A DNA stretch of 55,408 nt, the filler included, from Jimgerdemannia flammicorona (lineage: Eukaryota), in the NCBI GenBank assembly GCA_003990765.1. It is 2 parts of 2 records of this genome, joined end to end, with 100 filler letters (N's around TTAATTAATTAA, not from the genome) between each part and the next. Parts side by side here need not be neighbours in the genome. Positions count along the whole stretch, not along the records: positions 1 to 27,658 come from RBNJ01000614.1; 1 more part is not named here. One strand, written 5' to 3'. This document shows positions 1 through 12,519 of this stretch, in pieces; the stretch's first letter is position 1, and each line of letters opens with the position of its first letter. The position numbers and the translations under genes were made by a program. Below the pieces are notes generated by a model. It worked only from the letters and a program-made list of their open reading frames with translations, was not told the DNA's origin and searched no databases.

Positions 1-273
1 CCTTCTCCGCAAAGCTCACCCTGCCAGACCCTTGACCTCCAGCTCCACCCCCTCCTCCACCATGGCCCCCCACCAGCAGGCCTCTCATACTTCCCCCCAA
101 GCCGGGGCCTTTCCCAACTTGCTGCCATTCAAAAGCTCCAGGGCCACCCTGCTCAGTATGCACCTCCGGATGCTCATTGGTCGCCATGATACTAGTAGCT
201 TTTCTCCAGAAACTGTGTCGAAAGTGTTGCCAAAGGGTTGTGTAACCTGAATGTTATTGGAGAAAGATGTCCG
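1..273 (-). mobile_element. 5' end (5'UTR + ORF1 start) of an L1/Tx1-like LINE nested in the RT region of the next copy; runs off the window
   Basis: The reverse complement begins TCTCCAATAACATTCAGGTTACACAACC, the same 5' head seen at ~4308(-) and ~21665(+). ATG at 187 opens MATNEHPEVHTEQGGPGAFEWQQVGKG. Track ORF 85..336 is a chimera of RT (NLLEESRAALMCNGH) and this head. Confidence 0.8.
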
Positions 274-3200
274 TGCCACTCCTCTATGTCCATTGCACAT
301 GAGTGCAGCCCTACTCTCTTCTAGTAGGTTGATCATTGCTGACTGGAACTGTTGAGGTAAACATTCCTATCGAATACCTTCACCAACCAGACCCACTGAA
401 CCTGGTCATATGCCTTCTCCTGATTCAAGAAGACCAGTTGCCCATTCAGTCCACAGGCTCAAGCCCCTTCAATAACTCCATATACCCAAGCCATGCCATC
501 CCTAATGAGCTGGCCTTCTACAAAGCCCTGCTGCTCCACTCCTAAGACTTGCTGGGCCATCTTCTGCAGCCTTGTGACCACCACCTTAGTAACAAACTTT
601 CTGTCCATGTCCAACAGCATGATTGGCCACCAGTTCTTCCAGTCCTCCCTCCTTTTCTTATTCTTATAAAGCAGTGTCACCAACCCCAGATCCTGCTCTC
701 CCACCCATCTCCCTGACTATAGTATCAAGTCACACAGTGCCATCAACTCTCTCAGTACTCCAGAGACTCTCACCATCTTCTTCCAGAAGTCCCAGGGCAG
801 AACATCCTCCCCCAGCACCATGTCCAGTGTAGTTGTGACAAGAACCTGGCAGATCTCCTCCTCCTGTACTGGCATCACCAACCTACCCAGCCCTTCTGCC
901 TGTGGTAGGTGCCAATCCTCCAAAGCACAGTCAATGGTGGCAGCATCAGCCCCACCCTCCTCCTTACTCTGTAACCCACTCCATCTCTCCTTTAATGATC
1001 TGAGAATGTCTTGTATACTATGCATCAGCAGACAATCAGAATCTAGTACCCTCTCCTACTTCTGCTTTACTCTCCTTATCTGAAGGGCCCTTGTGAGATA
1101 CTTAGAAGGCCTTTTCCCTTCCTCCAGCCCCTGCCAATGTAACTGTGCTACCAAAATCTGTACCTGTGTCTTCTCCTCTTCCTGCAACACCTGTTGTAAT
1201 TCCCCAATCTCTATTTTTGCCTGCATTAATCTCCAGTCCTCCCCCACCTCCTGTGCCACCAGACCTACCCAATCTTCCAGGAGTCTAGCCAGTCTCACAG
1301 AAGCCCATCTCACTCTTCTCCTTCTCTATCTTCCAGCCACCTTGCCAGCCTCACTCCAGTAGGCCATAGCAGCTCTTTCATCCTCATCTACTAGGCACCA
1401 ATTGGGGCACCTTCCTGTATCCAGCCCTCCACCTTCTGCTGAATGTCCTCAGCCCACTTATCCCACAGCACTTATTATCTAACAAAGAGGAATTGAGGTG
1501 CTAATGTCCAGGCCCATCCCCACTCTCCCCAAAATGACCCCAGACACCACTCTGTCTCCAGCAACTTCCAAATATCCAAACCCCAGCAGCTGACCATCAG
1601 AATCCAGTTAATCCACATCCCCAGACCACCTGCCCAATACATGTATACCCTCCTATCACCCCAGAACCCCCTGCTAGTATCCACCAGAGCACTTATCCTT
1701 TCTATGTCCTCCCACACCTTCAGCCCTCCACTCCTACCCTCAGCTCCCCTCCCTCCATCAGTTCTATCTACCAGCACATCTCTGACCATATTGAAGTCCC
1801 CACCCACTCCAGCCTCTGTGAGGGCTCCACTCTCTGAGAGACCCTTCATCCAATCTACATACTCCCTCCATACAGCAGGAGTAGCAGGAACCCACTGTAA
1901 CTGGCTCCCAACCTGTTCATAACCACTCTCTCCAAACCAGCCTGTCTCCCCAGCTCCTCACATCTCGTATCTCCCCTCTGTCTCTCCAAACCAGAATCCT
2001 GACCTTGCTCTTCCAAACTGCCTCACCTCTCCATTCCTTCATCCATTCTAGTCTATCCAAATCATCCTCACATCTGATATCCTGCAAAAGAAAGAGTTTG
2101 GCCTCCAATCCCTTCAGCCAAGTATAAATGTTTCTCTACTGAAAAGAACCCCATAGCCTAATCACATTCAAAGAAAAAATGTTGGTTGTATTGTTCATAA
2201 AGAAAATTGTATGATATCAAGTCTATTCTCTACTGCTCTATATTCATTGTCTCTTGTACCATATCCAGATTGTGTTCAGCAGACACCTCCTCCACTTCAG
2301 CCCTCTTAGCCTCCAATCCAACCAGTAGTTCAGTCATCTCCCTATCCTCCTTTTTCTCAAAATCTTTACAATATTCCAGACAGGCCTCCTGCCAGAGCTG
2401 TAATCTGTGATGCTTAGCTCAACAGTAGGTGGCCCACTCACCAGCAACAACTACCAGCTCAGCCACTCTCTCCTTATCAATCTCATACCCTTCCTCCTCC
2501 AAGTATACTGCAAGTATTTCTGCCTTCAATGCCACCACCACTCCATCACTCTGCAGGATCCATGCCCAATACTCATCACTCATCACTCTAAGGTCCACTT
2601 CCCCCAAATCTTCAGCCACCAAGTTGTTCATCATCTGGCACACCCATAGTAGGTTCCCCACCTTCTTCCCCCCTAGAGTCACTGGCCTTCCTCTATCCAG
2701 TATTGTGGTATCAGCCCCAGCACTCGTAGACTCATCCCACTCTTCCTCTGAGACATCCACCAATTCCTCTTCACCAGCTGCCACCACCTGTCCCCTCTTC
2801 GCCACATTAGGAACTCTAAAGTGCACTTGCTGGGCACCACACATTGGTATATCCTCTGCCACCCAGTCTCTTGCAGCTGGTCTCTGTCTGATAAGAGAAG
2901 AAGGTATATCCTCCCAGACTTCAAATGTACCATCCTTATACAGGTCCTTGCTCAGCACCTTCCTGGCCTCCTCCAGACCCACCTTCTCATTCCCTCCACT
3001 TCCACTGGCCTAGACACTCACCTTGGCACCTCCAGTATCTTTACTACCACCAGCATTCCTCTTCACCTCTTCCTCAATTTTTGCCAGCAACTCCCTCTGC
3101 CTCCCGCATCCTTAGGACCTCTTCCACAGCTCCTTATCAATGTGGACCTGCTTCCCATCCACCATCTCCAGATGCATCAACTCCACAAATAACTTCCAAG

Positions 3201-4310
3201 CCTTCACCCTCTGCTCTACTGCACCACTCAACTTCTCCAGTGTCTCCAACTAGTTCTCTTCCTCCTCCTCACTCTCCTTCACTCTCTCAGCTTGCATATG
3301 AAGGCTCCCTACACCATCACTGAAGGCCAGTTCCAAGCCTTCCCAGTAGCCTCCCTTTCTGCCAACTGAATCTGGATGTTAACATCCTCTGTCTGAAAGG
3401 AGGTTCCTTCCCACACTCTGAACTCTATATTGACCACCTCTCTATACTCAGCCATAACTTCCTCTACTCTCCTCCTTGTCTCTACTGTGGTCACCATAGG
3501 AACTCCTTTTAGCAGGAGCTGCACCACTCTGGGATCCTACCTCAGGCAGCACACCATTGGTACACACACCTCTCCAACTATCAACCCAGCCTTCAATGCA
3601 TCCTCCAATAGTCCAGCCTCCTCAAAGCCCACCTCTACCCCTTCTAGGCCTCTTAGGAACTTAACAGATACCATGTCACTCATCTGCTTTGAGATCAGCC
3701 CCAGGACTATTTTTGCTATCACCAACAAGCCCTGGAAGCACAAAGTGATTGTGAACTCCAAAATCAACTTCTTGAGTAATGTGGCCACCACTACTTCCAT
3801 TACACCATCAGCTAGATCACTAGGCCTTATGCTCTTCCCACAACTCGATCTACTATCAGTAGTCCCATCTAGTTTTTTTCTAGATTGCCCATCACACTCC
3901 CATCAGCAGTTACCCCCTCAGCTTTCACACCACCAGCCCCACTACTCTGGCCACTCAGTGAGGCTCCCCCTGAGTGCTGCAGCTCTGCATTCTTCACAAT
4001 CTCCTTGGCCAGCCCTCAAGTCTGGTCACCAGCTGTCTCCCCTTCACCTTATCTGTGAAGCTCACTCTTCCACTCTCCTGCCCTCCAACACTGCTCCCTC
4101 TCCTTCCTCATCTACCCACCAGCAAGCCTCTCATTCTTCCCCCCAAGCTCAGTCTCCTCCCAACATGTTGCCAATTGAATGCACTTGGGCCTCCCTGCCC
4201 AGTATACATCTTGGAATACTAGTTGCTCACTATGTTACTAGTATTGTTTCTCCAAAAACTGTATTGTGAGTGTTGTTGAAAGGTTGTATAACCTGACTAT
4301 TATTGGAGAT
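274..4310 (-). mobile_element. Degenerate L1/Tx1-like LINE: 5' head, ORF1, APE endonuclease and N-terminal RT, interrupted at ~274
   Basis: Minus-strand fragments: LLKKLILEFTITLCF and VQLLLKGVPMV (ORF1); LFLLQDIRCED and GGDFNMVRD (APE endonuclease); GEDVLPWDFW, NWWPIMLLDMD and EQQGFVEG (RT). Collinear with the copy at 21934-27658; many stop codons. Confidence 0.9.
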
Positions 4311-4689
4311 TCATTAAGATCTTAGTAGATTTGATCTACAAGCCATTGATTGAGATCTAGATCAGTGTTTTTCTAGTTCTATCTAGTCCTAATAGCTGTT
4401 GTAAGATAGGTCCTAGTCTGTCAATTAATTTTTAAATTACATATATAATTAGTTCTAAATATTCTCCTATCTAAGATTAGGTCTTAGTTCCAATTCACAG
4501 AATGGTCTTGATACTATCTTGGCTGAAAATTCTACTCTTACTAAGTTGTAATAATACTTATTTGAACCTCTTTTGTATTCTTGAATAACTTAAGTAATAA
4601 GATATTACTTAGAGCCTTGATATATATATATATCACGAAGTCATTCAATTGTTCTTTTATGTAGTAATATTTACTAAGATTGAGAAAGC

Positions 4690-5926
4690 AACATTCATAT
4701 CACACAAACTTCAAAACACACTTTTGAATCATTTATTGGAGAAAGCTACTAAGGACATAGAAACCAACAAGTGAGTCAACACATGTACTGGGTCGGGTGG
4801 ACATGGGGCCTTCAACTGGCAATACATTAGAAGAGAGTATGGATTGGGAATTGGGTCTTTTGGTGGTCCAAGTGGGCAGAGAAGTTCAGGTAGTGGTGGA
4901 GGGGCAGGAGGACAAGGGGGGAGAAGTTTTGCAGATATGCTGAAGGCTGGGGGATAGCCTGCTGGGTCTTGTAGTGGTCAGGCAGGGGGGAAGGGAAAAC
5001 AAAGAGAAGTGGGGGCAGGGAGTTCAGCAGCTCAACTGATAGATAGAAGAGCTAGTGGTGCAGTTGTGGGGGTGGAGGGGGGACTGCTGATGGGGGTGTG
5101 ACTGTAGATCGGGAAAAAAATCCAGATGTAATGGTTGATGGAAGAGCAGGGCTGCCAGGACCAAAGCAGATAGAGGACCTGACTGATGGTGTAACAGGGC
5201 TGGCAGTGGCACTGTTACTCAAGAAGTTGATATTAGAGTTTGCTATAACCTTGTGCTTCCAGAGCTTAGTGGTGACAGTAAGGATGGTTCTGGAGCTTAT
5301 CTCTAAGCAGGTGGCTGAAGCCACCTCCATGAGATTTCTGAAGGAGCTGGAGGGGGTTCAAGTGAGATTTGAGGAGGTGGGCCCAATAGAGAAAGTGTTG
5401 AAGACAAGAGTAGTTGTAGGTAAGGTGGTGGTCCCTATGGTGTATTGCTTAAGGTGATATCCCAGAGTGGTTCAGCTTTTGGTGAAGGGGGTGCCTACAG
5501 TGATGATGGCTGAGACCAGGAGGAGGGTTGAGGAGGTGATGGCAGAGTATGGTGATGTAGTTGATATTGGATTTCAGATATAGGAGGAGACTACTCTCAG
5601 GACTGGAGATGTGGATGTCAGGATCTGGCTAGCTGGGAAAGAGGCCACTGGGAAGTCAAGTGACTGACCTTTGGTTATGCTGTGGGGAGCCTTCATCTGA
5701 AAGGTATCAAGAGTGAAGGGGAGGGAGGAGGAGGAGGAGGATCTGCTGGAGGTATTGGAGGATTAGAGTGGAGTGGTAGAGAGGAAGACAAAGGCCTGGA
5801 AGGCATATATAGAGGTAACACACTTGGAGATTGTTGAAGGGAAGCATATTTGGGTTGACAAGAAAATGTGGAAGAGGTCCCAGGGCCACAAGTTGCAGAG
5901 GGAGCTACTGGTGAAGCTAGGGGGAG
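4690..5926 (+). mobile_element. 5' fragment of LINE (second 5' head type, ORF1 only), 3'-truncated against Gypsy sequence
   Basis: Head ACATTCATATCACACAAACTTC matches 21934. ORFs 5098..5457 and 5773.. match ORF1 of the other copies. The sequence switches abruptly to Gypsy RT at ~5927. Confidence 0.85.
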
Positions 5927-6860
5927 ACTATAAAACCCATCATATCACCCAATATAAATTCAGAAAATACAACACCTATCTGGCAGAAACTCTATAGAAT
6001 ACCCCATCTCTTAAAGACATTTGAAAAGGAACACATTCAAGAACTCTTAGACAATGGAGTCATCTGATCCTCTACTTGCCCTTGGGCCAGCCCCATACTT
6101 ATTGTACCAAAGAAAGGAGAATGGAGACTCTAGATAACAGAAAACTCAATTCAGTCACTAAGAAGGATACTGAGAATCAATGACCTCTTAGAATAGTTAC
6201 AAGATACCAAATACTTCAGCAGTATGGACCTTTTTACAGAATTCTATAAGAGCTCCATAGATCCCAAAGACTTTCAGAAGATAGCCTTTCTTACTCTAGG
6301 AAAACTGTTTGAATACCTCCAAATACTCTTTGGACTTTGCAATGCATCCACCATCTTTCAGAGAATGATGAACTCAGTCTAAGGTCTACTGATCTACCAC
6401 TGTCTAATTGTATATATTGATGATCCTAATAGCTATTCAGCAAATTTCAAGGAACACTTGCACTACCAAAAAGAATTCTTTAAGCTCACCCACAAGAACT
6501 ACCTGAGACTCAATACTAAGAAATACTACTTTGGAAAACAGAAACTTGAATTCCTTAGATTTATAGTTTCAAAAGAAGGAACTTATGTAGATATAAAGAA
6601 AACAGAGATAATTTACAACTGGCCAGTACTCAAGACCCTAAAGGAAATACTATTATTCCTGATACTAGTGTCTTATTATAGAAGATTTATCAAGGACTTT
6701 GCCCAAATTGCTACTTTAATCTGGATTCTTCTCAAGGAAGGAATACCATATAAATAGATAGAGTCACAAGTACTAGCCTTCAAGGAACTTGAGCATTACA
6801 TGACCACAGCACTAATCCTTATATATCCCAATCTATAGAAGCCATTCATCTTATATATAG
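5927..6860 (+). pseudogene. pol: Left half of an older Ty3/Gypsy pol (RT to start of RNase H), split by the younger full-length copy
   Basis: Collinear with 12635-13537 (LDNGVI, PWASPILIVP, VYIDD, LEFLRFIV, SYYRRFIKDFAQIA). It ends in FILYI immediately before the LTR. Confidence 0.9.
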
Positions 6861-8030
6861 TGTGACAAGCAATAGAATTGTACCACCAAATTCATAAATT
6901 AGCCATATACCACATCTAGTACACTAAGCAACCAAGACTACTTTACTGCACCAACTTGTATATTTAGCCAGAGACCCCAGAAACCATATGTTTACCTGTA
7001 CCCTCCAGGTATACCATACCCCCAAGGTACACCATACCCTTAAGGTACACTGTACCCTTCAGAAACACTTGCTGTAGATAGAAATCTATAGTTAGCAACA
7101 TAGTAACCAGTAGCAACCACAACTATATAAAATACCTCAGAGCTAAGAGTGAATAAACCTCAGTCTGAATTGAATTCAAAGCAAAAGTCAAGTCTGCCCA
7201 CCATACTTCAAGAGGAACTCTACAGCTACTGCTAGGAGATTGTGAGTAAAGCATTCCTTTTCACTCTGGTCTACTTTCTGATATAAAGAAGAGTTTGTTA
7301 TGTTTTTGGTTTGCTTGCCAGATATACCTGAAGAATCTGAGTTTGCTGTCAAGTTCAAGGAAGGACTTCACCACCATTTGAGTAATCCACCACTTAAGGA
7401 ATAAGCTGCCATTTCCAAGTTATCTGCACTCCCAGAAAGCTTACTATCCTTGCTACAAAGCCAGTCTGTTGATGCAACTTCACAGTAGAGTCAGTCTACC
7501 AATACAACTCCATGCAAGCGAAGCCAGTCTTGATGCAACTTTTCTCAAGAAAGTCCGTGACATCCAAGTTATCTGAGTTATTTAAATTATCCATGACATC
7601 TGAGTGATCCACACCATCTGAGTTATTTAGTGAGAAGAATCTGCCACTAGTGTAATTCCCAGTAAGCTGATTCAGGAGAATCCACGCGAAATTGAGTTAT
7701 CTGCCAAATTGGCAGAACGTCACACATAAGGAATCCACTATGCTATACAGTGACCATCACACTATACAAGAGATCATCATGCAGAAATCATATAAGAAAA
7801 ACTGCTAAATTACCAGACTGTCACCTATATACAAATCACTGCTATACCCAGAAGAACCATCCCAATAAGGAAATCAATACATAAATCACTTGCAGATATC
7901 CAGCTTTGACTATTATACTACTAAATACCAAGAACATTTTATTGCTTTTAACAAAGTAACTGGGGGCTCAAGGCAAACTACACCAACCTCCAACATTGTA
8001 ATTTATCTCCATTGAGGCAGGCATATTACA
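6861..8030 (+). repeat. 5' LTR (1170 bp)
   Basis: Starts TGTGACAAGC, ends ATATTACA and aligns end to end with 19056-20269. TATA-like TATATAAAA at 7124-7132 and AATAAA at 7152-7157 are similar in both LTRs. Confidence 0.95.
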
Positions 8031-8049
8031 TTTCAGGGCTCAACTAGGA
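8031..8049 (+). promoter_or_regulatory. Possible decayed primer-binding site (tRNA-Pro-like)
   Basis: TTTCAGGGCTCAACTAGGA directly follows the 5' LTR. It resembles the tRNA-Pro-type PBS TGGGGGCTCGTCCGGGA once CpG decay is allowed for. Confidence 0.35.
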
Positions 8050-8059
8050 AGATTTCATA

Positions 8060-9900
8060 ATCGACATAACTTTTTATCTCACAAGAACCTACAGTCAAAC
8101 TGGATACATTTGATACAACACCAATTTCTGCCACCACAGGAGAACCAGTCATCACCAGCATCTGGACAGAAAGAGAAGTAATTACTTCACTATACAGCAT
8201 AAGAAGGATCCCAACTGGAATCCAGTACAGCTCGAAATCCCTAACCAGATCAACCAGATAACACAGGTGGCCCTTTTGGAGACTTTGAAGAACTTGCCCA
8301 AGAACTAGAAGATCTTATTGCATAAGGCCGAAATCCTGCATCCAGGTACCCCAGAGCAGTTCCACCAATCTCACCCATTGAACCCTTACCATCAGCCCTT
8401 GCAGAACTGGAAACAGCTCCTTCAAGAATACCTAGGCTTATTCCATTTCGTCCAAGGTCCAGAACACCATCCTCAAGATACCCAAGCAACCCCATCTCCA
8501 GTGACAGTTCAGAAAGTGAATCAGAGTCAGAAACTGAATCAGAATCTGGACCAGAACCAGAATTAGAAGAAAGTGATAATGAAATGGCCACCTCATTGCC
8601 AATCTTTACAGGATATCTGAAGGAAGACCCTAGAAAATTCCTTGATGGAATTGAAGAAATTGCAGCTCTGGGAAATCTCTCAAATGAAAGGAAAATCACC
8701 TCTATAAGCCCCAGCTCAGAGAACCAGCCAGAGGAATTTTCCACTGAACAGCAAATGATCCAAATTCAGAACTGGCAATAGAAATACAAGCAGCAGTATC
8801 CTATTAGCTAGAATACATAGCTATGGCCCACTGGCTCATTGAAAAATATGCAGGAAATGAAACCCACCACAAGGCTCAAGAATTCATTATGGGGATGAGG
8901 ATGAACCTTTGTGAATTGTCCAGAGAATTTTTCACAAGAATCCAGAAGAGAATGCATGCAGCCAGGTTCAATGCCATCAACTAAGATATCATAGGTCCAA
9001 TGATCTTCATGAATGGAATTTTCTCAAACATTGCCCAGTATATCCACACTATAGGTATCAGAAGGTCTAAAGAGCAAGTAGATACAGCCTAAGGATTCTT
9101 TGATATCAGACAAGGAACTACCTGGAGTGATCATGACAAGAAGGATGATAAAGAAGACATCCTGGTCAAAGCCCTACAAGGACTCCTTCAAGGACAAGAG
9201 AGATCTGAAGAAAGAAGGCCAGCCAAAGAAGGAAAGAAGGACAGGAGCAAAATCTAAGATCTCAGCTCCAAGTTAGACAGATTGGTTGGACAGATTGAAA
9301 AGCTCCCCATATGTGAAAATTGGAGTTATCAAGACAACAGAGAATAACCACCACAAAGGAGCCAAAGTTATCCACCAAGAGATAATAAGAACTACCAGTA
9401 AGAAGAAAGAAAATATCCTGTCCAAGATAGAACCCAAGTTCAATACTTCCACTGTGGACAATTTGGACACTATGCTACCAAATGAGACAATAAAAGAAGT
9501 GACTGAAGGGACTCAGAACCACCAAACTGAAGGAATGACACCAAGTACAAGAAGACTGAAGCCCATCCTGTCCAAGATTTTGGGGAAGGAAGCAACAGTG
9601 AAGACAACAGTGACCTAGAATTGTACTCAGCCAAAGTCACTACCCAAAGACAGTTTACCCAGCAGACAAAAGAAAGAGATCTGTAGGAAGGCAGCAGAAG
9701 GATTGTCCAAGAAGAAGACGAAGAATATGAGGAGGAACAAGTAGAAACACCTCCCCAGACTCCTCCACTGTCTCTGAGACAAATGAGATGCCACTAGAGA
9801 ATGAAGAAATGGAACAAGAAGAATGGGAACCTGCTCCCAAGAAGAAGTATGCCTCAAAGACTATGCCCAGAGACATCTATAATGAAGCCTGGCAGAAGAT
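8060..9900 (+). pseudogene. gag: gag (capsid + CCHC zinc knuckle), interrupted
   Basis: MATSLPIFTGYLKEDPRKFLDGIEEIA at 8584 is a capsid-like start preceded by a Pro/acidic extension. A decayed knuckle YFHCGQFGHYATK* lies at ~9440-9485. Boundaries approximate. Confidence 0.75.
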
Positions 9901-10059
9901 CCAAGAAGCCAGGATAGAAGTCGTTCTCCTACAGTTCCTGCGACTGATACTAGCTGGAGTCTGAAACAAATTGCTGAGGACCACAAGGTCTAGCACTGGC
10001 CAAGTCCCCATCCCACAGCAAGAGCCAGCTCCTACACCTATCTAAGCTGCAGAGAAACA

Positions 10060-10430
10060 TATCAGCACCTACGTATATGGAGATATTAGAGGACAAAAGA
10101 CAAAAATCTTCAAAGACACAGAAGCAGCCATCTGTGTCATTGCCAAACAATTCCTGGATACCCTCCATTGGCCCATTAATGGACCATCCAATCACAGCAT
10201 CATAGTAGCAGATGGAGCCCAAACTCAACCCCTTGGAGAAATATGAAATATTATTATCTCTCTTGGACACATTTAGTTCTCAATCCCAAAAGCTATTATC
10301 ACCAAAGCTATCATCTATGACATGATCCTTGGCACCAACTGGATGAAGAAAATGAATGCAGTTGTTGATATCAGTCAACAAGTACTCAAGTATGACTACT
10401 GAGGCAAGAAGTATAGGGTTAAGGTGACCA
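10060..10430 (+). pseudogene. pol: Retropepsin-like aspartic protease domain
   Basis: IFKDTEAAICVI (DTG to DTE by GGA>GAA), IIVADGAQTQPLGEI and YDMILGTNWMKK. Confidence 0.85.
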
Positions 10431-11739
10431 GCTGTGAACAATCAAAGAAGAAGAAGAAGGTCACTATCTAGGAAGAATATGCCAGCAGTAAAGAATCTAT
10501 CATAGAAGAGAAAGAGGAATCCGAAGATGGAAATGATCCCAGACTCAATCCCCAAATCAATCTGGTGGATGATAGGCCAGAAGACAATATAAGGGCCAAG
10601 AACACTATCTCCATTACTATTGGAGCAATTGCAGGAGAAATGAAGGGATGCCCTACCTGCCTCAAGAGATATAAGTGCCCTAAGCACTCCTCCAAGATCA
10701 TTGGGACAAGGAATTCGCCTGGTACAGCCTGCTCTGAGTACAGAAAGAAGAAGAAGAAATGCAGACATATTCCAGAGACACCTGTAGCCGAAGCTGCAGA
10801 AGTACAAGCAATCTGGGGTCAAGAGTCATTAGAGAAAGATGAAATCCCCAAACAGGAGGTTCCTGAACAAGAAGCATCCAAAGGAGAAGAAGTCCCTGAA
10901 CTCATTCCCTGGAATAACCCTAACTGGACACCACCTGAAGATAATGACTCTTGGAAAATAGAAGAAGGACTCAGCACAATCTCCATTATTCCCAAGAAAG
11001 AAACTCACCAAGAAAGAGTTTTTTGGCTAAGAAGATGTCCACACCAAATGGTCCTCTACTCTCCCCAAGATTACTGCTATCAGTATCACCTACTAGACCA
11101 GCAGGAAAGATAGAGACCCCAAATACCAGAACCCCTGACTATAGTTGCACAGTCAACTACCTTCCAAAAGTTACTACCAAGTTACAAAGTTGATTTAGAG
11201 GATAAGGTCTCTTCACCTGAATAGAAGTATACTCTTTTCCAAACTTATGACTAAGTTGGGTACTGATTCCTGAGACAACAAGAGATCAACAACCAGGAAC
11301 AGCATTTTCAAGCAATGGGATATTGTAACCATAGAAGACATCCAGACTGCAGAGATGGCAGATATCAGAAGATTCACCTCAGTCATGATGTTGTGATTCA
11401 CACCTTGAAGAGAGGAGATAACAGAAGCTAGATCTGAAAAAACCAGACCAAAAAGAAAGGAAAAAGGACCCTCAAGATCTATGATTTAGGAGAAGACATC
11501 CTAGCTCTCATCAGAAATACAACCCACCAAGGATGGGTAGAAGATGCTACCAACTTCATGAAACCCTAGACCCTACAGGAAAAAGAGGAATCAATCACCT
11601 CTGAGACCCCTATATAGGAGCCAGATGGCCACACCTCAACCTCAGAGCCTGAAGGCTCTCTGCTAGTGGAGCTTCAGCCCAAGGACAGCCCAAACTCAGT
11701 AAGGATATTGCCCAGTATGCCCTGCTACATCTCAAGGTG

Positions 11740-12115
11740 AAACCCCTGACCAAAGCTCACCCAGAAGATGTAAAATATGATCTTCACAGTCTGGAGGATG
11801 AATCCAACAAGCCTGGAAGAACATTCATGATCAGAACTATACTAGCTATATGACCACTCCAAAACTTACATTCAACTGACATCAAGGTCTAGACTTGTCA
11901 GACAAGGAATAACCATAGAAGGAGGAACCATTGACCCAAGATATACAGGCAAAATCAAAGTCATCCTGCACAATAGCAGCACAGAATAGCACCAAATCAT
12001 AAGAGGACAGAAGATTGCCCATGCAGTCTTCATAATGGTCAAAACCCCACAATTACAAAAAGTCTCCAAATTGACTGAAGGAACAAGGCTAGCCAAAGGA
12101 TTTGGAAGCTCAGAC
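11740..12115 (+). pseudogene. dut: Trimeric-type dUTPase domain within pol (between protease and RT)
   Basis: All five motifs in order: EDVKYDL, TSRSRL, EGGTIDPRYTGKIKVILHN, RGQKIAH, RLAKGFGSSD. The second copy at 35315-35690(-) gives EDIGYDL, SRSGLARQG and EQKIAQV. Confidence 0.92.
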
Positions 12116-12519
12116 AAGAAGGAAGTATACCTCCTTCAGGTCAATTTCCTCAAGAGGAATGTTCCCCAGCAAGTGTACTGCCAATCAGTCAAACTGCACA
12201 AGAATCTCATCCTAGAGCCTAGAGAGCAAACCACCTTCGAAATCTTTGCACCACCAGACCCCACAAACCTCTTCTTTGAACCCAATGAAGATATCCCACA
12301 TCTGGACATTGAAGGACACACATTCCCCAACAAGATGAATCCAGTGCACTCCCAAGCAACCAATCAAAGTTGGGAAACCATCATCTTGCCAAAAGGAACC
12401 ATCATAGGACACCTGGTGCCTTTTCTTAACTGAACTCATAGAGAGGTTTATGAACTAAACTTATTGGGAAATGGCAAAAGGTCCCAGAAGAAAGGAAAGG
12501 CCCCTCTGCGACCCAGTAG

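Noticed and set aside
4310..4690. AT-rich spacer with a (TA)n run between divergent LINE heads
   Set aside because: Probably a decayed repeat, but no termini, TSD or homology could be seen.
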